In this document: piece by piece, positions 48,201-60,716 of the stretch
How the letters are laid out: each line of letters begins with the position of its first letter
Numbering within the stretch: position 1 is the stretch's first letter
Origin: Pocillopora damicornis
Taxonomy: Eukaryota
Direction of reading: 5' to 3'
NCBI RefSeq assembly: GCF_003704095.1
Contig: NW_020846126.1
Span: forward strand, 124,001-188,000
DNA: 64,000 nucleotides
Made by a program: the position numbers and the translations under genes
Notes under the pieces: model-generated
The model's database searches: none
Told to the model about the DNA's origin: nothing
Seen by the model: only the letters and a program-made list of their open reading frames with translations

Positions 48201-51200
48201 ACATAACAGCTGATGGTGTGCCTGATGTTCTTATTGGGCGGGATGATGGTTTGGTTGAAGTGTATGGTTTTGATGAGATGGATGAGCCAGTTCACAGATT
48301 TAAACAGGTTAACCCTTCGCATCTTATCTTCAGTATGCATCTATGCTGGTATATTTGAATCTCTTTATATTTCCTAACATGCTGACTGGAAGAATTTGTT
48401 TAATGGTCAAGCTTATTTAGTTAGTGAACATTTCTTTTAATTCTTGTGACCTTAATGAATGATTAGAGTTTGATATAGTGAGGAGAAATTAGATGTTTGT
48501 CACAAATAATTATTGATGTAATAACATCTCAGCTGTTTAATAAAAACACTCACACAGGTTAATGATTTAATTTCCAGGCTTTAAGTGAGAGCATCACATC
48601 TGTATGTGGTGGCTGTGTGAATTCCTCAGGATATGATGAGATTATAGCAGCTACTTATGCTGGTTGGGTGGTAGGTTTTACTACAGAACCTCAACAGAAG
48701 GAAGTTGGACCCACTACAACAGCTGCACAGGAACCAATCAGTGAAGAGGTACAGGCAAAAATGGAGAATCTTAGGTAAGAAATACTGCAGGTCACTCAAG
48801 ATTTACTCCCTTAATTGCAGATCCATCCAAGGAGCATTAACAGTCTGATATTAATTATGTAAATTAAGGTATATGTAACTTTCCAGCAAAAAGTGATCAA
48901 TCTTTTGAAAGCGTTTTTCACCAATTAAAAACCACTTCTGTACATCAAAATTTTCACCAACACATATACATTTTCAAACTTCAAGCATTTTCTTATTATT
49001 GTGAGTAACAGAGATATCACTTTTCAGGGTAGAAATTGACACTCTTCAACAGAAGGTGCTACAGGAACGGGAAAAATACCAGCTAACTGCACACTCCATG
49101 TCTGCTCTGTCCGCAATTCCTCAGTTTGCAATCAATGATAAGTTTGCACTGAACAGGGATGATGCCAGCTATACATTGAGTATTGAAGTTCAGATTCCCA
49201 TTGACAATGTCTTGTTACAGGTAAGCTCCATCTTTTGGAGAGGCATTTTTCTAATACTTAACTTCATCTTGAAAATCTGTTTGGAAACAGTAACTGCAGG
49301 AAGGTCTCACTGTCTCACTGTCTCAGTCTTAGAGTGAATTTTTATCACCTTGAAGTAATTTTCCACTAATTATGTTGAGATGTTTTGAGGGGAAATGTGA
49401 CATGTGTCTGCCATTTAGATAAGATAATTATTTTTGTTTTACATTTATTACTATTTCTCTAGAGTGATGTACCAATTGATCTTCTGGATGTGGACAAGAA
49501 TTCTGCAGTGGTCAGTTACAGTGCTTGTGATATTGAGGTAAATGATGGCTTTCTTAGCACATACTTCACTGACTAGTATTAAGTTAAGACCTTGCATGTA
49601 CATGCAGTATGAAGAATTCTGTATACAGCTATGATAATGAGTGTTTCAATTTTCTTTCAGAATGGCAACTTTCTTCTTGCAACTTACAGATGTCAGGCAA
49701 ACACAACAAGGCTGGAATTAAAAGTTTGAAGGACTTTTCAAATCTTTTTACCAGTGCTAACTTAATGACACAAATCACATTAGCATTGTACTACATGAAA
49801 AGGAGACAGGACTCAGAAATTTCTTGGCATTTCTAACCTGAGAGAAAAATCCGTCCAGTTACTGATGAGAGATGACATTTAACCCACATTTTAAATTTCA
49901 CTCAGACATTTTACAATTAAAGCTTTCTCACCTCCATTTCATTAAATTCCAGATCAGATCAATTGAAGGACAGTATGGCACTTTGCAGGCATATATCACA
50001 CCCAGGATTCAGCCCAAGACCTGCCAAGTGCGACAATACAGTATCAAACCACTCTCACTACACCAGAGAACTCATGTGTTTGACGAGTCCAAGTAAGACC
50101 TCATAAAAGTTGGATTGTTGTTGTTTTGCAGTCAAGATCTCAGTTCCTGAAGTTGTCCTAAGTTTTGTGGTCTGATTATGTTTTCAAAAGTTTCTTGAAA
50201 GGTTACATGTAAAAGAAGTCTTTTGATTTTCAGTTTTTATGAAGTTTCCAGTTTAAACTAATTAATTTTCCCCTTTGTGTTTCATTCAGGCCAATGAACT
50301 CATTGAAGTTAATGGGCCATTTCAGTTTTGCGGAAGTTCATTCCTGGGTTTGTTTCTGTCTCCCAGAAGTGCCAGACAGGTTTGTTAACTTAAGAAAGAG
50401 ATTTATCCATAGTAAGTATACATTAAACCTTTCCTTGAGCAATCATGATGAAAAATCACAACATGCCAATAGCAAAATCAGAAATACATTCATTTAAGAT
50501 AATTAACCAGAAACTTATATTTGTAGTTTTCTATCTGTGATATCAATAAGTCACAACATTGATGTTATCTCTGTTTTTGTTGCAGAACTCCTGCTGGAGA
50601 GCAAGTGAGCTTTCATTTCCTGTCGACATTCCTTGATACACAGTTAGACTGCCAGTACAAGTACGTATTTGTTTAACAAATTTCTGTCATCAAACGTACT
50701 TTACATTAGATTTCTGTATGTCTCTAGTTGGTGCAGTGCTCTTAGTTTTTCAGTGTAGAGTCAGAGTCTTATGTATGTCTTTTATTTCTTTGCAGAAAAG
50801 GAGAAGCCATCTTTAAATCTGACAATATCTCAACAATATCAATCCTCAAAGATGTCCTCACTAAAGAAGCTACTAAACGAAAAATCAACCTCAATATTTC
50901 TTATGGTTTGCATAATTTTCTTACCTTATTTATTTCATTGCCTTTCTTATCTTAGTTTAATCAGAGGTATACTCTTGGCTTGTTGTGTGATGACCCCCCT
51001 CTGTTTCAAAATGTCCATAGCCTTTGAATTAGCAGGAGTTTTACAGGTTCCATCCTCTTTTCAGATGCACCTCTTAATCCCACCTACTTGAAATTTGTCA
51101 TTTCAGATCTCAATGAAGATTCTGTGGTCCACACACTAAACCTTATACATCCAAAGTTGGAATATCAGCTCTTGCTGGCCAAGAAAGTCCAACTCATTGA

Positions 51201-52414
51201 GGGACTAAAGGTCAGTGCGTAAATGGCTTATAGCTATTGTTTCTTGCAGAAACATAAAATTGATGATGGTGGATTTCTTTTTTTCTTAGAGTAACCTGAC
51301 ACTTTTGCCTTTTAGGAACTACAGATGCATGAAAGTGATATTGGATTTTTTGCTCCAGAATACCAAAAAATTCTTGGTAAGACAAATTTATACTGAAATG
51401 TATTATAAAGGGTAATGAAGTCTCAGAAAGGCAATTATTGCATTTCAAAAATATGCTAAGGCATCCTCTTTAAGGATGAAATAGGAATTTCCCAATGATA
51501 AAGATAGGAGGTAAATGATATTTTCTACACTTTTAGTATCCTCAGTATTCTCAGGCATGCTTTTTTAGGAGAAAACCATACACATAAATTTCTGATAAAT
51601 TCATAAATATTTTCTGTAAAGATGATGCAGAAAACCTCCAAGCAGAATACAAGAAGCAGCCCTGCCACTTGGAAAGACTCTATGGTATCCTTCATAGAAA
51701 TCCATTTTACTAGGAATTTATACAGTTGTTACAATCTTGCATGGAATCTTAAATCTCGACATTTCAGATAATTGATTTGGATATAAAAGCTTTTTAAGGG
51801 TCTGGTCAAAAATAATTCAAGGTAATATGGTAAAAACCAAGGTTGCCAAAGGGTTATCACCAAAAGTTTTGAGAGTTAAGTACACTTTACTCGAGATGAA
51901 AATTGTTCAACCCTCCAAAAACTAAATGCCATGATCCTGTTATGCGAAATGGCCAAACAATCAGCAGTAAAGAGAAATAGTAAAACAGAAGCTCAACCAG
52001 TAATACTTTCACAGAGCTGTGGTAAAGACAATAAATATCTTTTCTTGTTTGGTATCATTTCTTAACAAGTTTAAGGTATGATTACTGATCTCTACATAGA
52101 CAAGTTCAAGTTCAAAGTAAGAATTGCAATACTTATGTAAACAAACCTTTTATTTTGACCATTACCTGTTGGTCAAAGGTAACTCTTCTGGTTTTCAGAG
52201 GGTTTCTGTACAAATAATCCAGTCATGAACATATTGTGTTACATGTTGATTCTGCAGTTACACTATTTTAATCAACAATGGAAATATCTCATGTTGATAA
52301 ATCTTGATAATTTAATTCTAGGGAATGAATGTGAAAAGCAAGGTTCCCATTCTTCTGGAGGTGCTGGACAATTATGATCTACAAAATCTTGTGGAATTCT
52401 TTGAAGCAGCATAA
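45218..52414 (+). CDS. BBS7: Bardet-Biedl syndrome 7 protein (BBSome subunit), ~23 exons
   Basis: [13 protein letters not shown]|[12 protein letters not shown]...|[17 protein letters not shown]|VVFKTLPG; [14 protein letters not shown]; [41 protein letters not shown]; ERLYG|[13 protein letters not shown]|[19 protein letters not shown]. Exons followed in frame to TAA 52412-52414. Confidence 0.97.
47141..47338 (-). mobile_element. TTAA-flanked MITE, same family as 19754-19980, in a BBS7 intron
   Basis: TTAACCCTT...AAGGGTTAA; internal reverse complement matches the CORO7 copy (attaaggtcacaa, gggaaatgatc, aaattctccttgt). Confidence 0.75.
48309..48503 (+). mobile_element. 3'-truncated copy of the same MITE starting at +2 of a BBS7 splice donor
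   Basis: CAG|GTTAACCCTT...cagtatgcat...agaatttgt...gtgaccttaatg...aggagaaattagatg. Confidence 0.7.
51685..52075 (+). other. U12-type (minor spliceosome) GT-AG intron in BBS7
   Basis: Donor GTATCCTT; branch TTTCTTAAC at 52058-52066, 9 nt before the intron end; no pyrimidine tract between branch and AG. Confidence 0.75.
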
Positions 52415-53609
52415 GCGATCACTCTTCTTTGCTTCTAAGCTTAAAATCCTGTAAGCACACATTTCAGAAATAGGTGTACAACAGAAACAATCATCAACTT
52501 TCCCACAACTGACTACATGTACTTCAAGATTGTAACCTTAGTTCAGAATGAACCCACTTTAAATCTCCTAGATGATTTAATGCATCCTTGATTGATTGGT
52601 TTCTATTTCCCTGATTTGTATGTTTGTCAATTTTATTTCAAGATTTTTGTTCATAAAGAGTGATTGGTCAATTCTAATAACATTCTACTACCAAATAATT
52701 CTTTTCTTGATTGTAATGATAACTTAGTCCAGGTTTTGCAACATCAGTCATTTAGAACCATCATTCACCTTAGTTCTTTGATTTAAGAAGCCACATCTCA
52801 ATCATTGAACCATATAGCTGACTGTACACAAGACTATTTACTTCCTACAATTAACTGTGCAATTTTTTTAAGGTAATTTATTTATTTGTAATTATTATAA
52901 ATAGTGATGCGGTTGGTTTGTAGTCTAACCTGCACAGCTTTAAAAATATATGATCACTTATAAAAATGTTCATGGAAGTGATTGTAGTCGGATAAGTTGT
53001 CAACAATTACCTACCCAAGCGTTTTAATACGAGGTTTAATGACATAAGAAATGATGTGCTTCTTATATGAAAGTATACAGGTTTCCACTTCATCTTTTCA
53101 GTTCCAGCTGATAAATATAAACATTCGAAAGTCATTCAGCTTATCTACCAAAATTCATCACGAAAAGCCTCCCAGCAACAGTCGTTCCAATGACCTGGAT
53201 CTACTCTTTATACCAACTCCTATTTCTCGCCACTTTCTCGATATCCTACAAACTACTTTGCGTTGCCGCAATTTCAAGTATTGTACATGAATCCATCGAT
53301 ACTTTTAGCAAGTGCAATCAACATTCGTGGAACTTAAAGGAAGATTAAGCAGGAATAAGGTACGATCTTATTAAAATATGCGGCTAAGGTATGTCAGAGA
53401 ATCTTTAGTTTAGCTGCTGCTATAACCAGCTGTCGCCGTGACTTGAAAAAGGAAACTCCAACTACGTGATGTTCTCGTTGTCGCCAATTCCGCTTCATCG
53501 GTTCCATCGATTCTCAGCTGCACAGAAACCGACTTTATAGACTCGAGTCAGTGTCATCACCTTCACTGTTTGCTTCTCCGCCAGTTACCCAATATCCTAC
53601 AGCCCATAA

Positions 53610-53852
53610 TTAGGGTTTCTTTTTACTTAAAGCATCTCGCACAGACTGCATGAATCTCTGACCCATCTCCTCAACGTTTGGAATTCCTTGGTAATTTTGT
53701 TGTATATATGCTCCTGTTAACGTGCCAGCAACAAGTCCCAGCACCAGCGTTTTGTTAATATGAGAAAAAATAACTCCAGCGGCAAAACCTTGAAGAAATG
53801 AGTAATCAAGAGGCGGTTTCTTCAGACTATCATCTCCTCCTTCGGGAGCCAT
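53610..53852 (-). CDS. 80-aa single-TM microprotein, SLC35A4 upstream-ORF / STMP1 family (probably mitochondrial membrane)
   Basis: AAGATGG start context. SFLQGFAAGVIFSHINKTLVLGLVAGTLTGAYIQQNYQGIPNVE aligns with the recalled SLC35A4 uORF protein PFLKGFLAGYVVAKLRASAVLGFAVGTCTGIYAAQAYAVPNVE. Confidence 0.8.
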   Translation of the reverse strand: MAPEGGDDSLKKPPLDYSFLQGFAAGVIFSHINKTLVLGLVAGTLTGAYIQQNYQGIPNVEEMGQRFMQSVRDALSKKKP

Positions 53853-54035
53853 CTTGATCGTTCCTCAAATTGAGATCCAGGCCCTCTCGAGTAATGACTC
53901 ATTCCCTGTTTCTCAAGGTCAGAATTTACTGAAGAAGGAAGGGGGGATGGGAGAGAAGACGATTTTAGTGAGGAAATTAATTACGTTGTATTTGTAAAAC
54001 AGAATATGATTAACTCAGGATAATTTTATGATTAA

Positions 54036-57000
54036 TTATGAATTTTTTTTAATTGGAACAAGTTTGATTCTCCCATTGTCTAATTCAACAGCCTCAACTC
54101 CCAGCTCTCTTAGCCGTGAAGTGTCAGCAAGCCCTTGGCAATCCATGGCTGAAACAATTCTTTGGTTTTCTTTATTATTCTCCAAGAGGTTTCTGATTGC
54201 AAAGATGGCCCACTGACAGATGACTGAACTCAAGGTCAAGGAAGAAAGAATAAACAAAGATGGACAGAAAAATATAATGAGCCGAAAAAAACAACCCCCC
54301 ACAAATGTACAGTAGATCATAAAGTTAGTGCTCTTCTTCAAATGCCTTGCCATTCATTTTGATGTAATCCTTCTCAAAGCTGATTCTGTAGTGAGCCAAA
54401 TGAAATTCTGAGTACAGTGCAAAATAATAACCAATTAAAATTGGAAAGGATACAAGGATTGTGATCATCCACATTACAGTGATCCAGTAGTAATGGAATT
54501 CCTCCTAGGTCACGTACCTGCAACAATGTACACAATAATTTAACACAATCTGTGATGAGCATTTAATTAAAAATAATTCTCCTAATGAAATATAATTCTT
54601 CTAAAGCTGCAAGGAAAATTTTACCACTCAAAAAACATCTTTACCTTGTTCTGATTGGCTGCATGTTTGTAACACATATTCCCTATGACTCGCACTAGAT
54701 CTCTCTGAAAGCCATGAATAGGACTCAGTTTCCCAGAGTCTACACCTTGTGGTATGGAGTGTGCATTGCTGAAAGTTTCCTTTACCTCTGAATTAGTAGT
54801 CTCCTTTAATAAGCCTAAAACATAGTTTTTTTTGGAAATAAAAAACTGTCATTTCCTCTCTATATACAAAACAAATATTAAGAGCTACTATATACATCAG
54901 TGTAAAAGGTAAGAGAGTACTTTAAAAAACTAAAAAAAGTACATGTATTTCTCTCTGATACATGAATGTGTGAATTTGGTAAATTAATACCAATATCCCC
55001 TCACATAATTGTCACTTATACAACTGTATTGCTTCTCCTTCATGGTCCCTCTTCCTCAAACCACGAGCAGCAACCCTCCCAAAAGTCATTTGACAGCTGA
55101 AGGCTAAGGCCTATGGTCATTTACAAAAGCATTGGCCCAAGGTCCTTTTTGACCAGACACAATAAAACTTTCAACAAACCTACACAGGTGGTAAGTAATG
55201 GGGTTCTTTCTTGTAGACCAGTGAGGTTTGATTGTAGTCCTGTGCCAATGGATAATACACTTAACAGCCGCGTAACAATCAAGACCTGAAACTAAATACA
55301 GGGACAAGTGATTACCAGTTTGCAAACATAATATGAGACAAATCAAGANNNNNNNNNNNNNNNNNNNNNNNNNNNNNNNNNNNNNNNNNNNNNNNNNNNN
55401 NNNNNNNNNNNNNNNNNNNNNNNNNNNNNNNNNNNNNNNNNNNNNNNNNNNNNNNNNNNNNNNNNNNNNNNNNNNNNNNNNNNNNNNNNNNNNNNNNNNN
55501 NNNNNNNNNNNNNNNNNNNNNNNNNNNNNNNNNNNNNNNNNNNNNNNNNNNNNNNNNNNNNNNNNNNNNNNNNNNNNNNNNNNNNNNNNNNNNNNNNNNN
55601 NNNNNNNNNNNNNNNNNNNNNNNNNNNNNNNNNNNNNNNNNNNNNNNNNNNNNNNNNNNNNNNNNNNNNNNNNNNNNNNNNNNNNNNNNNNNNNNNNNNN
55701 NNNNNNNNNNNNNNNNNNNNNNNNNNNNNNNNNNNNNNNNNNNNNNNNNNNNNNNNNNNNNNNNNNNNNNNNNNNNNNNNNNNNNNNNNNNNNNNNNNNN
55801 NNNNNNNNNNNNNNNNNNNNNNNNNNNNNNNTTCAAAAATACAAATCTAAAATTACATACAAAGTCATCAGATGATGGACTCAGCTGTTGTAGTTGTTGT
55901 ATAATGTCTTCAGCCTGCTTTTCAAACTCATCAGCAATGTAAGCTAAGGAGTCTGTATAAAAACCATGTTTCACATGTTCTTCTCTTAATTTGATACTTG
56001 GCTCATCTAAAGCATCTGTGAAAATTCAATAACAAAAAATAACACTTGAATTGATGTACCAACTACCGGTAACCTGATAGCAAAGGGTTACCTGCTTCTA
56101 GACAAAATTAAACACTGACGTATGTCTGTAACAGACATGCAACAGGCATGGTAATTAGTGAAAGTAAAAATAGGTGGGCCATAACTCAGCCCCTACCTGA
56201 AAAAAAAAAAAGAAAAAAAGAAAAAGAAGAAGAAGAAGAATAAGAATAAGAAGCAACAGAATAGTTGAAGAAGTCATTATCCAGCTTACAATCAACTAAC
56301 ATAACAATGACAGATGACATTTTTGCTTAATAGGAGAGTTAGCCAACATCTGTATGTTTGTACCCAGAGACTCTCTTTTGCCATGCACATGCCAAATAAA
56401 ACCAAAAAACTAAACTGCTATTATAAACAGTATGTAACTTCCTTTACCTGTTATTTTGACCTGAATCAAGTCTAGTAAGATTATCCTGAAAAAGGTTAAA
56501 ACAACAGTTATCAATCAAAAATACTTTTGTGATGCAAAAATTAGGAGTAAAAGTTTTTTTAGTTGGCTGTAACATTTCAACCAAAATTAATTTTGAATGT
56601 CTGCTAACATTTGCTTATCCTTATGGACTGTTACTAACTAAACAGTAAGAAAAAAAAATGCTTGCATTTCTCTTTTGCACACAATTTGAGCCATGAGACA
56701 ACTCTTTTATGTCAGACGGCTTCAGTAAATGTGCTGCTGTTACGATAAGAACGAGGAAAAGTCTTTAATCATAGAAGGATGACTGTGCCAACCATTTCAG
56801 AGAGCTGTTAATTCAGTTGTGTAACATGTCTCTTTGTATCTAGATACATTCTGTTTCAAAACATAAAGAATTATTAAGTAGATTAAAGCAACCACTGGTT
56901 GGTGTAGAAAAATATGATCTTACCTAGCTAATGGATCAAATTCAATTCCTTTGTATATCTCAGGCAATAGTGCATTGCAGATCAAATAATCTAATATAAA

Positions 57001-58524
57001 ATACCTGAAACAAACAAATCAAAAACGTAATCAAAAGACACAGATGCAGCTCATGATATGGAATGAAGAGTTGTAAATCAGCCATGAGACATACGAACCC
57101 CCATTCAAGTTGAGACTTTTCAGCACACAAATGTATAACATGGGTGATCATCTTGAGTCCATCATGAGCACTTACTAGCTGAATCCTGTCATTGATTGAA
57201 TATTAAAATACAATAATGAAAGACAAATCAAGTTTAAATAATTTCTTATTTATTTAAAAATGAAAACAACAGTTCTTGCTCCTAAGTTACCTGTGTTGCT
57301 CATTCAAGCAGTTGTAAATAATCATGCACAAGCAGTCCTGTATGTTGTGATTAACTGAAGACAGCACACTCCTGTGAGGTATATACATACAAATCAGCTA
57401 AAAACAAGGCCTTGAAATTCTTTGGTGGGGCAATTTGCAACAACTCATGAGTTTGAATCTTAAAGTTACAGATAAACATATTAGGATACTTACAAGAAGA
57501 AGTTTGGGAAGCACATATTCCATACAAACTGCTGAGTAGCATCATTTTTCACCACTGTGTTTCCCAGAAGCTGAAGACTACTCTTTACAGCATCATTAAC
57601 TGCATCTGATGCTAGAAGACATTTTAAGCAAAAGTACCGGATTTTAGCTGTAAATACATTCTCTGTCACAATGGTAACCAAACATACCCTACATATATAA
57701 GGCCCAATAGTAAGCAACTCTCACAAGTTGGTAAGATGGGTAAGTCTTACATGAAAATAAAAATTTTCTTCAATCAATAAATTATCATTCAGAAAAAACC
57801 AACAATTGTTTTATATGGTTCACCTCTTTCATTCTCTTGGAACTTTGGTTTTAGCAAAAGCACATTTGTATTAAGTACTTCCTCGATAACTCCTAACGAT
57901 CTGTCAATAAAATCATATATCATGCACTTAGATGTTTTTCTGGGTAACGAACTTGACCTCTGTGAAAGAAACAAATGATAAAAAAAACTAGCAGGATGTA
58001 CTTACACTATACTGTTCTGATTCTTGGGTGTTGCCGCACAGCAGTTTCTCAGGAATCTAAAAGCTTCTGCTGAAGCTCTAAGGCAAAGGATCAGCTGATT
58101 TTCTTCTAATTCACCTGTTTGTGCACACATGCTATTTTTACAGGCCGTTATAATATCTTTCATCTGCAAAATATTCGTCTCTGATACCATACATCTATGA
58201 CATGCAAACCATGAAAAAGTAAGAAATATGATATATGTTATAATATTGAACTCAGATCTTCGAATCTGTCGTTTTGATTTGAAGGTGCTTTCAAGCCCAA
58301 GCCGTAAGTATCAGAGTATCAAGAATTTCGACGTTATAAGAAAATCACAGAGCACGACAAATTGCGCGACAGACGGACTTTTGATCATACCTGTTTTCTT
58401 CAGCCACCGCCCATGTCTTAAGTCTTTCCAACGTAGCTTTAACCTCAGTCCACGAATTTTTTGAGTAATTTAGTTTTCTCGTCAATGCTCCCAGTTCTGA
58501 AAGTACGTTATCTCCGTCCGCCAT
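54036..58524 (-). CDS. ATXN10: Ataxin-10 (ARM-repeat), 13 coding exons
   Basis: MADGDNV start; EAFRFLRNCC; LQLLGNTV; GFQRDLVRVIGNMCYKHAANQNK|VRDLGGIPLLLDHCNVDDHNP|FICQWAIFAIRNLLENNKENQ (Ataxin-10 domain). The exons flanking the N gap splice in frame, so the gap appears intronic. Confidence 0.93.
54224..54453 (-). other. U12-type GT-AG last intron of ATXN10
   Basis: Donor GTATCCTTT; branch TTCCTTGAC (54235-54243) 11 nt from the intron end; splicing restores DHNP-F-ICQW. Confidence 0.9.
55349..55831. other. Assembly gap (N run) in an ATXN10 intron
   Basis: Run of N. Confidence 1.
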
Positions 58525-59399
58525 GTTGAAAGTTGAAAAGAAGTACGTGGTATAACAGTAGCATAATGGTCTGCTCAGAACAAGCACTCAGATAGGTCTG
58601 CATAGGCATGCAAGCAAATCTATCAGAGTTTGAAATGTTTACCCTGGAGTTAACTTTTCAGTTTTCAAAACCAGTTGACTCTAAATCCTAATCATCTCAG
58701 ACTGCTCTGATTCTATAGCCAGTCCCAGATCGAGGGGAGACTTGCATTGAATGCGGTTTTCACCGCTACAAAAACAAGTCTTTGAAGTTGTAGAGTACTC
58801 ATAGGTCAAGTGATTACTCTCATTCCTCTAATTCAACTGTCTTTTATTCAATAATCAAGATAATATATTTAGCGTACAATACTCGAAATCAGTTATTTTG
58901 CTTCCACTTGGGAGAGTAGATTTACGGCACGATTGGAAGTTCCTTACAGTAGTGACGCTATGTGACCCTATGTAACGCAATACACTACATAAGTAATATT
59001 CTTCTGAGAGTCGAAGGAGAGTGCAAAGATGTTTGCAAGGTAAAAACGGCTACAGACATGAGTTTTTTTTTTCTTACACGGCTCAGCTTACAAACTGACA
59101 TAAAATTGTTCGCTTTAACCAGCATCTCGTGTAGTAAGGCAAAATCTTATAACAACTAAAGTAACTCAACTTGAAAAATTATTTAAAATCTAGGCACTCA
59201 TGATATTAATTGTGAATAAAATTTATTTGTGTAGATCGCAAACTTTGGAAGTAGGTTACAGACGAATAAGTCCAAGAATGAATAAATGAAAAAGCTGATT
59301 GGTTAGAGGTAGGCACTTAAACCGGCTGCGCGGTCGCTACTCCCTTAAAAAAGTGCTTCTCTTCCTTAACTAAACGAGTACACTGTACATTATTTTAAT

Positions 59400-60616
59400 T
59401 TATACAGAGTTTGACTCCAGCGTTTGTATCTGGAGGGGTCTTATATGAATCAGTCGAACATGACGAGTTCCTTCCAACTTGAATTCGACGTCATCTGACT
59501 CAATGCTTTGGGTCTTCTTTGTAATTACGCATGCCTTAAAAATGGAGTACGCTGACTTGAATAGCACAAGCCTATAGCCCGCGTCACATAATGGGACCAG
59601 AGAAGAGAATGAGGACTGGAAGAAAATCAGCCACGGAAGTAAAGGTCCTAACCCCTGGGAGGAGTGAACTGAAGTGAGCTGTAACGCCACTGAAAAATAT
59701 GTAGGGAGCCAACTCAGCATGGCCACGCAAGATTTTAGCACAAGATAACGTGATAGAGATTGCCGTTGCTTAAGAGATGTGAAAGGAGGAAGAATTACTC
59801 GCGGGTTTTGGAAAACTCGTTTCCTCGGGAGTTTGTGGGAGATTCTTGACGAGATAGCGAACGGATCCCTTGGATTTGAAGGACGTCGGGTTTCCCATTC
59901 GGCCTCCTTCACTAAACTGTTGACAGGGTGTGCGAAGACATTCATTTTCTTTCCAGTGCCTCCATTCGCACCAGTTCCTGGAGTGGTCAAGCTTTTTCCG
60001 TCTAGGTTTCCCTGGCGGAGAAGAACTTCGAGTAAAAGATTCTCTTGGTGCAAACGAGATTGATACGAAGACTTCCTCGAAGCTAGAGGAGTTGCAGTAA
60101 CAGACGTAACACCAGACCTTCCGCTTGACCGCCTAGACCAGTATGACCTGTTCGACCGGCTTGTGCCACGTGACTGACTTGATCTTGAGCTGGTGGCTGT
60201 TGTCATTTCAGGGTCGTTTATCTTCATCTCGCATATATGTCGCTCCCAGAGGAGTAGTACTGGGTACCACCGACGATGTCTCAACGCTTTGATAGCAAGA
60301 AAGATAGTTACGGAATGAAGAGCGAAAGAACACCCGAGATAGAGGATAGAATAGTTTGAGGGAGTTTGATCATAGTTGAACAGAATATGAGAACGTGACT
60401 GAGGGAGACCGTTGTAAGAACTCCAACCAACAATTGGTGGAAGGCTGAAAAGAAATCCCATTGACAAGTTCATGGCAAGGAAAACAACTACTCTTCTCTT
60501 AGCCTGACGTTTTCTAGTGAAAGGAAATTGAAGTTGTATTTTTTGACAAAACACAGCAAGAAAGAAAAGCACCAAAAGAGAAGTGATATGTACCCAGGAG
60601 CTCAGAAGGTTCAGGC
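59400..60616 (-). CDS. Atypical class A (rhodopsin-family) orphan GPCR, TM3-TM7 and C-tail; N-terminal part lost in the gap
   Basis: Frame stays open up to the gap (LNLLSSWVHITSLLVLFFLAVF). TM4 end LFSLPPIVGW; long Ser/Arg-rich ICL3; TM6 LSWLPTY; TM7 PWLIFFQSSFSSLVPLCDAGYR. Confidence 0.75.
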
Positions 60617-60716
60617 NNNNNNNNNNNNNNNNNNNNNNNNNNNNNNNNNNNNNNNNNNNNNNNNNNNNNNNNNNNNNNNNNNNNNNNNNNNNNNNNNNNN
60701 NNNNNNNNNNNNNNNN
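60617..60716. other. Assembly gap (100 N, size probably unknown)
   Basis: Run of exactly 100 N. Confidence 1.

Noticed and set aside
55312-55974. Long ORFs spanning N runs (also 60528-60824)
   Set aside because: Artefacts of translating assembly gaps
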